This document shows, piece after piece, positions 1-15,619 of a stretch of 64,000 bases of DNA. This DNA is from Eledone cirrhosa (taxonomy: Eukaryota). The position numbers and the translations under genes are program-made. The notes below the pieces were generated by a model. It saw nothing but the letters and a program-made list of their open reading frames with translations, was not told where the DNA came from and searched no databases. Numbering within the stretch: position 1 is the stretch's first letter; each line of letters starts with the position of its first letter. The DNA is taken from positions 53,382,001-53,446,000 of the forward strand of contig OZ024751.1 in assembly GCA_964016885.1 (NCBI GenBank). Reading direction: 5' to 3'.

Positions 1-868
1 TTGGTGGCAGTTTTTATTTTCAGGTTCCACCAGTATTCCTTAATGCCATCTGTCTCAATATATTCTTCCTCGTTTGTTGTTGATTTTGTTTTCCGAAGTG
101 CGTTCCAGATGGTTCTAGCTATCCCATCGTGTCTCATGGGGAGGTAGTAGCGAGATGACATTCTTTCGCAGCTGGCAACAATGTGGCTTACATCCTCGAT
201 CTTTGTTTTACATAGCCTACATTTATTGTCAGCTGCTGGCCCTCCTCTTTTGTGCAGCAGATATTTGGTAGGGAGTTCTTGTTCCTGTATTGCATAGAGA
301 TATCCCTCAAGGTGTGATGTCATAAACTTGTCGGAACTCCATGCCAGGCTTTTTGAGTGGTTTATCCCCTCTATGGTCTGTGTTTTACGCCTCAAGTATC
401 CATGCACAACTTTTTCTGTAAATTGGTCAATTTTTTTTTCTTGTTTGAACATTGAATAGGATCTTCCGATTTCTCTGGGTGAGAGATTTATATCGGGCTT
501 TATTCCATATCTCTCCTCCAGATCAGTCGCTATTCTAATGATATTTCTTTTTTCATGGTCATAAACCTGGGCAAGATGGTTGCCAACCTTTTTCCTCTGT
601 TGAAGGTGTTGCTTCAGTGTCACTATCCGGGTCTCATATGTTGTTAATATTGATTTTAGACCCCGGCCACCTTCCTTGCGTGAGAAGTATAGCCTATCCA
701 CATCACCATTGATGTTAAAGTTCCCAGTAACACTGAGAAGTTTTCGAGTTCTAACATCCATCTCACTTAGTTCTTGCAATGACCAGTTCAGTAGGCCAAA
801 TGTTGGCGTTAGAATTGGCACAGCATAAGTATTGTGGGCAATGTATTTGTTGTATGCTGACAGTTCTG
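1..868 (-). mobile_element. 5'-truncated R4/Dong-like (restriction-like-endonuclease class) non-LTR retrotransposon fragment, runs off window start
   Basis: Minus-strand translation: [30 protein letters not shown]...DVDRLYFSRKEGGRGLKSI (RT thumb), then EGYLYAIQEQELPT...CRLCKTKIEDVSHIVASC (CCHC knuckle)...RHDGIA. Abuts a (TGTA)n array. Confidence 0.8.
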
Positions 869-972
869 AATGTATGTATGTATGTATGTATGTATGTATG
901 TATGTATGTATGTATGTATGTATGTATGTATGTATGTATGTATGTATGTATTGGTAAAAGAAAAAGAAAATG

Positions 973-1044
<72 letters not shown>

Positions 1045-2950
1045 GTGTATGTTGGTATGCATATATATATGTGGGTAAGTATGTTTGTATATGTGTTGGT
1101 GTGTATGTGTGAAAGCGAGGAAGAGCTGCAGTGTCCGGCTGAAAGTGAAAGTAAAAACAGATTATATGAAAATAGACACTGGGGAAAGAGAGCGGGAGAG
1201 AGAGATGTATGGGGCAGAGAGAGAGGGGAGGTTTGAAGAGCGAGGGACAAAGGGAGAGAGAAAAGGAGAAGCAGAGAGAGAGGGGGTGAAGAGGGAGGGA
1301 CAAAGGGAGAGGGAGAGAAGCAGAGAAGGGGCGGGGGAGAAAGAGATAGGAAGTGGAAGAGAAATGGTGAGAAGCAGAAAGAAAGAGAGTAAGATAAAGG
1401 TTGCAGCTAGAAATGAGAGTAAATTGTAAAAGAGAGGAGGTAGAGGTTGGGTGAGTGTCGAGTGAAAAGGGAGGTAACTGTTATGGGACATCGTGTGGAA
1501 GATGAATTAGGATAGTAGAGAAGAAAATATACTGACAAGGAGAGATATATGTTTTAGAGAGAAAGAGAGAAAAGGGGTGTGTGAGAGAGATTGAGAGTAT
1601 GGGGAAAGAGGGGTAAAGAAAGATAGAGAGGGGAAGAAATAGCGTGACGGATTGGGGGGGGGGGGGAGAAAAGGATAGAGTACAGTACACAGTACAGTAC
1701 AGTCTGGAAATGTTACTGTAGTGTCAAATATTTTCTTAAACATGGAACCAAATATTAAATATTATTTTTCTTAACTGCGGGACATATGTTATACACATTA
1801 ACTGCCGGACTTATGTTACACATATTAACTGTGGAACTTATGTTACACATATTAACTGTGGGATATATGTTACACATATTAACTGCAGGACATAGTTTAT
1901 ACACATTAACTGCGCGACTTATGTTACACATATTAACTGTGGAACTTATGTTACACATTAACTGCGGGACTTATGTTACATATATCAACTGCGGGACATA
2001 TGTTAAACATATTAACTGCGGGACTTATCTTACACATATTAACTGTGGGATATATGTTACATATATCAACTGCGGGACATATGTTAAACACATTAACTGC
2101 GGGACATATGTTACACAGATTTACTCTGGGATATATCTTATACACATTAAGTGCACGATATATGTAACATTAACTGCGGGATATATGTTACATATATTAA
2201 CTGCGGGACAGATGTTACCCACATTAAGATGCCGAGAAGAAAATTAACAATTTTATTGTTCCTTTTTGTTTACTCTTTTTTTTTTATGTAAATATATATC
2301 GATATATTACTTTACAAAATTTCTGAAGAAACGTATTGATTTTAATTCCTTTGTTACTTTTTTTCTTTCTCTCTTTCTCTTTACAGGCTCATCACATTAA
2401 ATTTTATTGATTATATTGATATATTATATATTAATATCTATAAAAAGAGGAAAGAGGAGGCAAGTTTGAAGAGTTGTTAGAGCGTCGAAGAGAATATTTT
2501 ACAGCATTTATCCAGGATGTCTGCAATTAAACATTAAACTCATGGTGGAATCTGCCTTTTTATCCTTTTGATGCGTGGGTGGGTGGAGACTATAAATAAA
2601 GGGGTAGTCATGTAAAGGTAACACTCAACCTATCAACCTATTGTCTCTTTTTCACTGTTGATTAAAACCTAGAAAAGATCGTTCACATTGCGGTGCCACT
2701 AAGTATGACTTAAGTTTACAAATTTACCTACCAGAAATAATAATAAATTGAAGTAGAAATAATTCATTGGTAAAAACTTTTTAAAAAGTAACTAAGGGAG
2801 ATAATTAAGTGATAAAAATGGGAGATGAGCGAGGAAAAATTCTAAGAGAAAATTATACCAAGGGGAGATAATTTAAAAACAGAAATTTCTAAAATAATTT
2901 CAATCAAGTAGAGATAATATAGGCGTGTAAAATTCTAAATGCAGTACAGT
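869..2950 (+). repeat. Copy 1 of a ~2 kb near-identical direct duplication (copy 2 at ~6138-8150, offset ~5.2 kb)
   Basis: Sequence matches by eye; ORF pairs 1085/6283 and 1786/6982 are near-identical or identical. Confidence 0.95.
1770..2230 (+). repeat. Minisatellite, ~27-29 bp unit (TTAACTGCGGGACTTATGTTACACATA)
   Basis: About 16 degenerate tandem units; duplicated at ~6968-7425. Confidence 0.9.
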
Positions 2951-2954
2951 ATGT

Positions 2955-5501
<2,547 letters not shown>

Positions 5502-6149
5502 GTCAGGTCACCAGTTGGTGCTACTGGTAACATGTATCCCAGTACAACCTGTCTCATGGTCGGGTCGTTGGCGACTAAACTGGCAACCCCACCAAGGTTT
5601 CTTGGTGAGGAGGGTGACTTTGGACATCCTGCAGGACTAAAAACAAAACCTGTCAAAGGGCAAAGGAGCTCTTAAGAGTCAATGGCCATCCAAAATCACC
5701 GGGAGAGATGACCCCTTAGCCTTTGTCAAGGCAGAATTCTAGGAGAAGGAAAACTCTGATATAACACCTGCAACCCTGATGGTATCCAATGATGTTGACT
5801 TGTTCTTCTTTTTGGTAAATATCATCTTGGTTAAGAGAGTGGGACTGGCTTTGTGCAGTGCCTTTGCTCACTATAAAAGCTTCACGGCACAGGCATTGCT
5901 TTATATCTGGAGATCTCTCTGCACTTGTCCTCACATGGGCCCAGCACTATGTGTCAATGGTTGTCCTACCATGGGCCCAGCACTATGTGTCAATGGTTGT
6001 CACAGGTGTAGTGTTTGTACCAGAGGTTTCAAGTCGCTGGCTGGACTAAAAAGTCACACTCGTTCAGCGCTTCGGTAGGGGTCATCCTACATGGATGTAA
6101 AGTAGTGGCCGTACTCGAAAACGAGTTGGCAGCCACCATGTATGTATGT
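5502..6149 (+). mobile_element. Internally deleted (bipartite) RTE-derived non-autonomous element with (ATGT)n tail
   Basis: RTE-like 5'UTR motifs (ggcgactaaactggcaacccc; ctaggagaaggaaaactctgat) joined to a terminal C2H2-like segment CSVCTRGFKSLAGLKSHTRS and a short tandem tail; no EN or RT. Confidence 0.6.
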
Positions 6150-6185
6150 ATTGGTAAAAGAAAAAGAAAATGCTATATATATATA

Positions 6186-6242
<57 letters not shown>

Positions 6243-8150
6243 GTGTATGTTGGTATGCATATATATATGTGGGTAAGTATGTTTGTATATGTGTTGGTGT
6301 GTATGTGTGAAAGCGAGGAAGAGCTGCAGTGTCCGGCTGAAAGTGAAAGTAAAAACAGATTATATGAAAATAGACACTGGGGAAAGAGAGCGGGAGAGAG
6401 AGATGTATGGGGCAGAGAGAGAGGGGAGGTTTGAAGAGCGAGGGACAAAGGGAGAGAGAAAAAGAGAAGCAGAGAGAGAGGGGGTGAAGAGGGAGGGACA
6501 AAGGGAGAGGGAGAGAAGCAGAGAAGGGGCGGGGGAGAAAGAGATAGGAAGTGGAAGAGAAATGGTGAGAAGCAGAAAGAAAGAGAGTAAGATAAAGGTT
6601 GCAGCTAGAAATGAGAGTAAATTGTAAAAGAGAGGAGGTAGAGGTTGGGTGAGTGTCGAGTGAAAAGGGAGGTAACTGTTATGGGACATCGTGTGGAAGA
6701 TGAATTAGGATAGTAGAGAAGAAAATATACTGACAAGGAGAGATATATGTTTTAGAGAGAAAGAGAGAAAAGGGGTGTGTGAGAGAGATTGAGAGTATGG
6801 GGAAAGAGGGGTAAAGAAAGATAGAGAGGGGAAGAAATAGCGTGACGGATTGGGGGGGGGGGAGAAAAGGATAGAGTACAGTACACAGTACAGTACAGTC
6901 TGGAAATGTTACTGTAGTGTCAAATATTTTCTTAAACATGGAACCAAATATTAAATATTATTTTTCTTAACTGCGGGACATATGTTATACACATTAACTG
7001 CCGGACTTATGTTACACATATTAACTGTGGAACTTATGTTACACATATTAACTGTGGGATATATGTTACACATATTAACTGCAGGACATAGTTTATACAC
7101 ATTAACTGCGCGACTTATGTTACACATATTAACTGTGGAACTTATGTTACACATTAACTGCGGGACTTATGTTACATATATCAACTGCGGGACATATGTT
7201 AAACATATTAACTGCGGGACTTATCTTACACATATTAACTGTGGGATATATGTTACATATATCAACTGCGGGACATATGTTAAACACATTAACTGCGGGA
7301 CATATGTTACACAGATTTACTCTGGGATATATCTTATACACATTAAGTGCACGATATATGTAACATTAACTGCGGGATATATGTTACATATATTAACTGC
7401 GGGACAGATGTTACCCACATTAAGATGCCGAGAAGAAAATTAACAATTTTATTGTTCCTTTTTGTTTACTCTTTTTTTTTTATGTAAATATATATCGATA
7501 TATTACTTTACAAAATTTCTGAAGAAACGTATTGATTTTAATTCCTTTGTTACTTTTTTTCTTTCTCTCTTTCTCTTTACAGGCTCATCACATTAAATTT
7601 TATTGATTATATTGATATATTATATATTAATATCTATAAAAAGAGGAAAGAGGAGGCAAGTTTGAAGAGTTGTTAGAGCGTCGAAGAGAATATTTTACAG
7701 CATTTATCCAGGATGTCTGCAATTAAACATTAAACTCATGGTGGAATCTGCCTTTTTATCCTTTTGATGCGTGGGTGGGTGGAGACTATAAATAAAGGGG
7801 TAGTCATGTAAAGGTAACACTCAACCTATCAACCTATTGTCTCTTTTTCACTGTTGATTAAAACCTAGAAAAGATCGTTCACATTGCGGTGCCACTAAGT
7901 ATGACTTAAGTTTACAAATTTACCTACCAGAAATAATAATAAATTGAAGTAGAAATAATTCATTGGTAAAAACTTTTTAAAAAGTAACTAAGGGAGATAA
8001 TTAAGTGATAAAAATGGGAGATGAGCGAGGAAAAATTCTAAGAGAAAATTATACCAAGGGGAGATAATTTAAAAACAGAAATTTCTAAAATAATTTCAAT
8101 CAAGTAGAGATAATATAGGCGTGTAAAATTCTAAATGCAGTACAGTATGT
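6138..8150 (+). repeat. Copy 2 of the ~2 kb direct duplication
   Basis: Matches 869-2950 up to gcagtacagtatgta. Confidence 0.95.
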
Positions 8151-8987
8151 AAAGATAATTCTGGGATAAAAGGTCCGAAAAAATTAAATTAAAGTGAAAT
8201 AACTCAGGGTATGAAGATCCTTAAAAAAAAAACGTTATTACTGGCTGAAATAGTTCTGAAAAAAAAAAAAGAAAAAGAAGATTCACAAGGGGAGATAATT
8301 CAGGAATAAAAATCTATAAAAGAAATTAAGTTAAACGGGAGATAACTCTGAGGATGGAAATAGATCTCTAGTTAAACTAATTTAAATTAACCGACGAAAA
8401 GGAGAGGGGCATATATTGGAAATTGTCTGATACTCTCACAGAAAAAGGAAACAGTCTGAAATAAATTATACTAAGAATATAACAAGTAATTTTGGGCCCA
8501 TTTAATAGTGGGGGTCCGTGGATAAAACCCTGTGGCACCCCGGTTTATAAACACCACTGGATGCTACTAATCCTTTCAGCACCATTCTTTTGATTCGCTA
8601 AGACAGAAGTAATATTTATAAAGTATCGTTTCTCATGTCATCGTCGTTGTTTTTGTTGTTGCTGTTGTAGTTGTTGTTATTGTTGTTGCTCTTGTTTGTA
8701 TGATTGTTGTTGTTGTTTGTGTTGCTGCTGCTGTATACATGTGTACAGCTGCTACATCAAAATCCATATTAATATGTTACACATCAATAAATATAGCAAT
8801 TTCGTAAATATTTTTGTTGTTTTATTTCGTTGGTTTTTCCTTCAGTTTCTTGCTGTTAATATATTCGTCTTCATCTGAAAGCGAAGTAAAAACTAGAAAC
8901 CTTTAAGAAATATGTCTTTCAATATATATGTTTGTATATATATATAGAGAGAGAGAAGGAGAGAGGGATGTATGTGTATATATATAA

Positions 8988-9053
8988 CATCACCCGATCC
9001 GATAATTGAACTCGCAACCTTTTGATTGCGAGGCCAATGCTCTAACCACTAAC

Positions 9054-9058
<5 letters not shown>
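8988..9058 (-). mobile_element. tRNA-derived SINE head fragment
   Basis: Reverse complement resembles the SINE at 15228 (tagtggttagagcattgg...gagttcaat; A/B boxes). Confidence 0.6.
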
Positions 9059-9092
<34 letters not shown>

Positions 9093-9626
9093 GGATTTTA
9101 CAAGGTGAAGATAGAATGAGGGTAATGAGTAAACAAGTATTATAGAGTGTATAATGCCCTTTAAAGTATGGTAGGAAGATGGGTATATTTTAAAGAGGTG
9201 TATGTATATGTGTCTTTTCTCAGTTATAAAAACTATCTCTTTCTCTCTATCACCCATCTCTCCCTCTCCACCTTCACTCTCATCTCCTCCCCCTTTTTTT
9301 CATCCTTTCCACCCCCCCTCCCTAAATAAAATATTTTTTCCTCGCACATATCCTCCCTTCGTTAATTTTCAAAATTTTTAATTTATACAGTATCTTCCAA
9401 CGGTTTTCAACCTCTCTATGTAAAAAATATATCTCCTCTCAGTTATAAAAACTATCTCTTTCTCTCTATCACCCATCTCTCCCTCTCATCTCCTTCCCTT
9501 TTCATCCTTTCCCCCCCCTCTCTAAATAAAATATTTTTCCCAATATCACACATCAATCTAAAACCACTTTTCATATGTTGATTTAAAACTGCACTATCCA
9601 CAAGTGTTTTTTAGCCTTCATATCAT

Positions 9627-9712
9627 GTTCTCCTGTTTTATCTGATGAAAACACAAATATTATTGCATGATGATGTTTGTTTTTGAAATGCGCATAATAA
9701 AATATATGGAAC
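9627..9712 (+). ncRNA. Type I hammerhead ribozyme (canonical core, palindromic helix III)
   Basis: TTTTAT-CTGATGA(9642-48)-helix II AAACACAAAT..GTTTGTTTTT-GAAA(9685-88)-TGCGCA-TA^ATAAAA; helix III ATGCGCAT is self-complementary. Confidence 0.8.
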
Positions 9713-9732
9713 TCCTTTAACCATCTTTTGAT

Positions 9733-9811
<79 letters not shown>

Positions 9812-10018
9812 TATTATTATTCGTTTTTTCCCGTTCTTTGCCAGCGATATATATATATATATATTTATTAAAATGACAGATATATATATATATTTATATA
9901 TATGTATATATATATATATATAACGAAGGAAATGTGGTAAGGAACCAGGTGGACCATAACGCACCAAAGTACTCGATACTTGGGGTAGTAGAGTGGGTAA
10001 TAGGAACCAGTACTGGTT

Positions 10019-10075
<57 letters not shown>

Positions 10076-10182
10076 ATTCGTTTTTTCCCGTTCTTTGCCA
10101 GCGAACGTCACCACGAACCAAAGTATCGTCTTCCTGTCTTCCTCCGGTTGCAACGTTTTTTGAAATATTCAGTTCTGCGTTT

Positions 10183-10258
10183 ACAGATTGACTTTGTTAG
10201 TTTCAGAAGATCCCGTTAAGGATGAAAGCAGCGATTCTTTGCTTAAACTTTAATCTGT
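10183..10258 (+). ncRNA. Variant type I hammerhead ribozyme in 5' pLTR (core CAGAAGA)
   Basis: Helix I ACAGATTGA..AGTTT / AAACT..TTAATCTGT; CAGAAGA 10204-10; helix II; GAAA 10224-27; helix III AGCAG/TTGCT; CUU site. Confidence 0.6.
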
Positions 10259-10402
10259 CATTTTAATAAATATTTGCTCTACGGTTCTTATATATTTGAT
10301 ATATATTTTCCTTATCGAGCCCTCTTTGGATTTTAGTCTTCAATTTTATTATTATTACTATTTGGCTCCTTCGGTTGAGCACTCTACTGACTTATATTCA
10401 TC

Positions 10403-12516
10403 ATGCAGAAACAACATCTGAATATTTCCGTACCAAGCAGGAAAACATACCTAAAACTCCTGATACAGAAAACAGACGCGTTCATTAAAAGGTTGCGTTG
10501 GCGTGCCTTTTATTTCGATAATCCGCGAAAAGCAGACAACAAACGGGATAAATTTGGATTTAAAACTTATAATAACCCTCCGTGGAACCCAGCATTGCTA
10601 CCCTTCGAAAATGATGTCTTGGAACTCATTCGGAATATCAAATTTCGGAATAGGGGCAATTCCTTCCAGCAAGACCTGAAGAATAGAATTCATTCTATTA
10701 AGGATTCTAACGCCGTGCACGTCTATTCCGACAAAACTGGCAACCTATATCAAGTGGAGCGCAGTACTTACCATCAACTACTACATAATGCTGTAACTAA
10801 GGATTACCGTAAAACTAATCGGTGTGTCATCAATGAAATAAACGATGCTGGGTTTAAAATCACATCTGATCTCAACATCCTGGACCGGACCGAACCTCTG
10901 GACCCTATCTCTCCCCACTTTACCCTGAAGGATCACAAATCCAATTTTCCGAACAACCCCTCTATTCGGCTTATTAATCCTACGAAGTCCGATTTAGGTA
11001 GACTTAGTAAAACGATTCTTGATAGAATTATACCTGAAATTAAAAGTTTGGCCCCTCTCGCACTGTGGAACAATTCTTTCGCGGTGATTGATTGGTTCAA
11101 CAGCATATGTAACAAGGAACATTGCCGTTTTATCCAATTCGACATCAACAATTACTACTCCTCCATCACTTTACCACTTCTCCTTAGAGCTATCAATTTC
11201 GCTAAAACACTCACAGTGGTTAAGGATTTTGAAGTTGATGTCATCCTTAATGCCCGAAAGTCGGTGATTAATTTCGACGACTCTATTTGGATTAAAAAAT
11301 CCAATAGTACCCCATTCGACGTGAGTATGGGCGCCAGTGACTCTGCGGAGGTTACTGATCTTATTGGCCTTTTCCTTCTTTTCTCTATCAAGGACGAATT
11401 CCCCAACGCGGGCGGTGGTTTGTACCGTGACGATGGTCTTTTGACCATGACTAAGTGCGGACCTCGTGCTTGCGACAGGTTCAGAAAAGAACTCACAGCC
11501 TTCTTTAAAGGCTTCAACCTCTCTATACAGGTTGAGGCCAATCTCTCGGTCGTTAATTACCTCGACGTTACCCTCAATTTATTGAATGGGTTGTATTACC
11601 CGTATAGAAAGCCAAATGATACGCTTAATTACATAAGTAAGCATTCCAACCATCCTGCCAGCATAACCAAGAACCTGGTAAGAAACGTTTCGTTGAGGCT
11701 TTCCCGTCTTTCCACCAACGAGCGCATTTTCAACGACCATTCCACTTATTACAATGAAGCTCTTGCTCGAAGTGGATTTGTCGATAAGGTAGCATATACA
11801 GAGTATGAAAATAGACCTAGAAGAAATAGATCCCGTCGCATTTGTTGGTTTAACCCACCATAGAATATGGAGGTGGCCACACCATTAGCTAAGATCTTTC
11901 TTTCCCTTATTACGAAGCATTTTCCCCCTACACATAAATATAGTAAAATTTTTAATAGAAATACTATTAAAATTTCTTACTCTACGACTCCTAACCTTGC
12001 ACATAACATCACAGCTTCAAATTTAGCTAAACTACCTAGCCGTAGGAACACGTGCAACCCTGTAGTTAGTACTAACTGTAATTGTAGGAATCGGGCTGAT
12101 TGCCCCCTATCCGGGAAATGCATCTCTAGTAACATTGTCTACAAATGTAAGGTTGTAACACCCACGTCCCGTAGAGCCTACATAGGGTTAACCGCCAATA
12201 GTTTCAAGCAGCGTCTTTACATGCATACCCATTCTTTTCGTTACCCTCTAAGAAGAAATATGACGTCACTTTCAGCTTATATCTGGAGTCTAAAAGACAA
12301 CCACACCCAATATAAGTTACACTGGGAGATCCTAGCTGGGCTAGATCGTATAACGGAAATAAAAGACCATGTGACCTCTGCGCCGCTGAGGCCCTGGAAA
12401 TACTCTACGCCACAGACCACATCTTAAACAAAAAATCTGAGGCAATTTCGGCTTGTAAACATAAATTGCACAAAACTTTCCTGTATTACAGCCCCACGTT
12501 ATACCCTAACGGATAG
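10403..12516 (+). pseudogene. PLE polyprotein (RT + CxCx5C linker + GIY-YIG endonuclease), disrupted
   Basis: FIQFDINNYYSSI, GVS-like MGASDSAEVTDL, GLYRDDGL, NYLDVT, WFNPP, CNCRNRADCPLSGKC, NIVY..YIGLT..FKQR; in-frame TAG at 11861-63 and a frameshift near 12340 before CDLC..LNKKSE. Confidence 0.9.
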
Positions 12517-13419
12517 CACGATCTATACGTGGATATTTTACGTCTTGATGTGGGAGCTAAGTATATGTTTTGTTTATTCCTTTACTTATTTGCATAGGTA
12601 AGTATATATTACCCATATGTTTTGTGAAGGTATGTATACCTTCTCGTACGTATATTTGACTGTTATGGCGTATCATTTTTACATATTCTGGTATATAGGG
12701 TTTGGCTATGCGTATACGGGATTTTTGCGTCCGAGTGAGTATGCAGGTTCGTACGTATGGTGGGTGTGTGTATATGTGTACTTCTTGTTTTAGTTGACTT
12801 ACGTCTCCGAACTTTCGTGTATTTATATGTAGGTATGTGTGTGCGCTTGTTATATACGTATTTATTTACTTATATACGTTTATATAATTATTTATTTATT
12901 TGTACACAAGCATACACACACACACATATTTATATGTGCGTGGTTTTGTATACCTATGGTAAGGTTTTGCGTATGCTTGTGATTGTACGTATCTGTTTGC
13001 GTGTATGTATTTATTTGTTTCTATTACTTCTGTATTGTATTTATTTACTTTGTTCTTAACTCTGTAGCGGAGAATCATTTGGTCTCCTAGTTAGAATTTT
13101 AGTCTACGACTTCTGCTATACCATTTACGTGGTTTTGTCTTTGCATGCTTTTGTTCTCTACGCTCCACATATGACTTATTATCTTCGTTTTTTCGTTCAT
13201 TGCCAGAGAACGTCTCTATGCACCACCTAAGAGAACATTAGTCTACGACCTCTTTTATACCATAAACGTGGTTTTGTCTTTGCGCGTAATTGTTTTTCAC
13301 CGCTCCTATTAATGACGTATTATTCGTTTTTTCCCGTTCTTTGCCAGCGAACGTTACCACGAACGTCTTCCTGTCTTCCTCCGGTTGCAACGTTTTTTGA
13401 AATATCCAGTTCTGCGTTT

Positions 13420-13495
13420 ACAGATTGACTTTGTTAGTTTCAGAAGATCCCGTTAAGGGTGAAAGCAGCGATTCTTTGCTTAAACTTTAATCTGT
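13420..13495 (+). ncRNA. Variant type I hammerhead ribozyme in 3' pLTR (core CAGAAGA)
   Basis: Same fold as 10183-10258, with intact CCC/GGG helix II. Confidence 0.62.
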
Positions 13496-13592
13496 CATTT
13501 TAATAAATATTTGCTCTACGGTTCTTATATATTTGATATATATTTTCCTTATCGAGCCCTCTTTGGATTTTAGTCTTCAATTTTATTATTAT

Positions 13593-13635
<43 letters not shown>

Positions 13636-13948
13636 TTAGAATGTTGAGAAGTGACACATGAGTTGATATATATTAGGAAAATAAGAAAAACAATAAAAAA
13701 TGGTAATGGGATTTTTTCATAGAATAACAGCAAAATATTTAGTTAAAAAAGCAATTTATTGTACTGGTTTCAGCCAATAGTTGTTTAGGCTTCTTCGTGC
13801 TACAGGAAATATGATCAAAAGTGTATAATACATATAAAAGACTTCACATTTTCGTTTATGTCTTTCTCTCTCTCTCTCCTCCTTGGTGGTTTGGAATAGA
13901 AGTTGGTTTGTTCCCTGTTATTCTTATTTTCCTAGTATATATATATAC

Positions 13949-14751
13949 AGAAAAGGAACTGGCATAAATTCTATAAAATGCACACAATGCAGATCATGGG
14001 TACACAAGAGATATAGTGGGATAGCAGGCAAACTAACAGGTAGGGAGAAATATGTATGCAGTAGATGTACAGGGAAATTAGACAGTAGAAGTCGCATTGA
14101 TAGACATATTTTTCAAATGCAGGCGGCTGCTATAGAAGTGGTGGATAGCTTCCGGTACCTAGGAGATCAGATTAGCATGGGAGGGGGTGTTCCAAGGCCA
14201 TAGTATCTAGAATAAGGACGGGTTGGAAGAAGTTTAGGGAGCTGCTTCCTCTGCTGACGAAGAAGGGTTTCTCCATGAGTACGAAAGCCCGGTTATATGA
14301 TGCCTGTGTGAGGAGCGCGATGTTGCATGGTAATGAGACATGGGCAGCAACTGCAGAGTATATGCGATGGCTGGAGAGAAATGAGGCAAGCATGCTCCGT
14401 TGGATGTGCAGTGTCAATGTGCATGAACGACCCAGCATGAATGTGTTGAGAGAGAAACTGTGTCTAAGAGGGATAGAATGTAGTGTGCGAGAGAGGAGAC
14501 TGCGGTGGTATGGACATGTGATGCGCATGGAGGATGACCGATGGGTGAAGAAGTGCCAGGTGAAGGAAGACGTGGTAGAGGTAGACCACGAAAAACATGG
14601 GCGGAGGTGGTGAGAACAGACCTCAGATCGCTGAAGCTCACGGTGGAGATGACGAAAGACCGTGACAAGTGGAGAGATCTGTGCTGAATAAGACCCGTCC
14701 CACCCTTGCAAGCAGGGAAGAGCGGACGTAAAATGATGATGATGATGATGA
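13949..14751 (+). mobile_element. 5'-truncated RTE LINE with (GAT)n tail
   Basis: VVDSFRYLGDQI, KARLYDACVRSAMLHGNETW, RRLRWYGHVMRM; frameshifted. Confidence 0.9.
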
Positions 14752-15227
14752 TATATATATATATACACACACATACATAAACATAATACATAAAATACAT
14801 ACACATTTGAATGGAGCCATATATATGACTGGTATCAAGATGTACCCTTCCGGTGTCCTCTTTATCCTTGAACCTTTTGTCAATAAATTCTTCAATAAAA
14901 TATATATACAAATAAACGATTCTATCCAGTTATGACCTTCCCTTACAAATCTCTTGTCTTGTGCCAATGTTAAGAAATCAGTTCTATAGCATTTGATTTC
15001 AGATCATATTTATATACACTACTATCAATCTAGATACTATTAGTCGTAGTAGTAGTAGTAGTAGTAGTAGTAGTTGTTGATACTGGAGATGGTGATGATA
15101 TTGGTGTTTAACGCAAGATCCAGTCTTGGCATTTTTGTTGATAAAATACTTTCTCTTCGCTTCTCGAAATGGACCTATCAAAATGAAACTTATTTCTATA
15201 TATATACACACACATGCACATATATAG

Positions 15228-15375
15228 GTGAAGGCGCATGGCTTAGTGGTTAGAGCATTGGGCTTGCAATCGAAAGGTTGTGAGTTCAATTCTCAGACCG
15301 GGTGATGTGTTTTTTCCTTGAGCAAGACACTTTATTTCACGTTGCTCCAGTTTACTCAGCTGTAGAAATGAGATA
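15228..15375 (+). mobile_element. tRNA-derived SINE
   Basis: A box tggcttagtgg, B box gagttcaattc, followed by ccttgagcaagacacttt core. Confidence 0.75.
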
Positions 15376-15542
15376 ATAGGACTTGGGTCCCTATCATTAA
15401 AGTACTCAAGACACCTCCAACGAGATATACCTTAGTGGAGGCCAGCTAAACCTGCATAGGTGTGAGCTGTCACACACACACACAAATATATATATATATA
15501 TATATACGATATTAAACAAATGGAAACTATATTTATAAAACC

Positions 15543-15619
15543 ATATTTATTTCATTATACATATTTCAGGGATACCATATTAAAAATATGGCATGCCTTC
15601 GTCAGATAAAATACAATAT
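15543..15619 (-). ncRNA. Type I hammerhead ribozyme (inverted copy)
   Basis: Reverse complement of 19236-19312. Confidence 0.8.

Larger units (their letters stand above)
10071..13597 (+). mobile_element. Near full-length Penelope-like element (probably Hydra clade) with direct pseudo-LTRs (~10071-10357 and ~13319-13597), flanked by (TA)n
   Basis: RT + GIY-YIG ORF, ~280 bp terminal direct repeats, extra partial repeat at 9811-9846. Confidence 0.9.

Noticed and set aside
1770-2230. CRISPR-like regular repeats
   Set aside because: Units are contiguous with no unique spacers, there are no cas genes, and the context is eukaryotic; it is a minisatellite.
5502-5595. HDV-like ribozyme at the RTE 5' end
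   Set aside because: CTAA-ACTGG and ACC/GGT are suggestive, but P1 and P1.1 could not be formed in the required order.
8490-8558. Possible hAT-type transposon terminus (gggccc..ccactg)
   Set aside because: No matching opposite TIR or target duplication found in the window.
11861-11863. Stop-codon recoding (selenocysteine/readthrough) in retroelement ORFs
   Set aside because: This stop is TAG at an expected Tyr (FNPP-Y), and the LINE stops are consistent with single C-to-T changes; ordinary decay.
13750-13810. Minus-strand hammerhead-like motif (CGAAGA-AGCC..GGCT-GAAACCAGTA)
   Set aside because: C3/U4 missing and no convincing helix I; at best a decayed relic.
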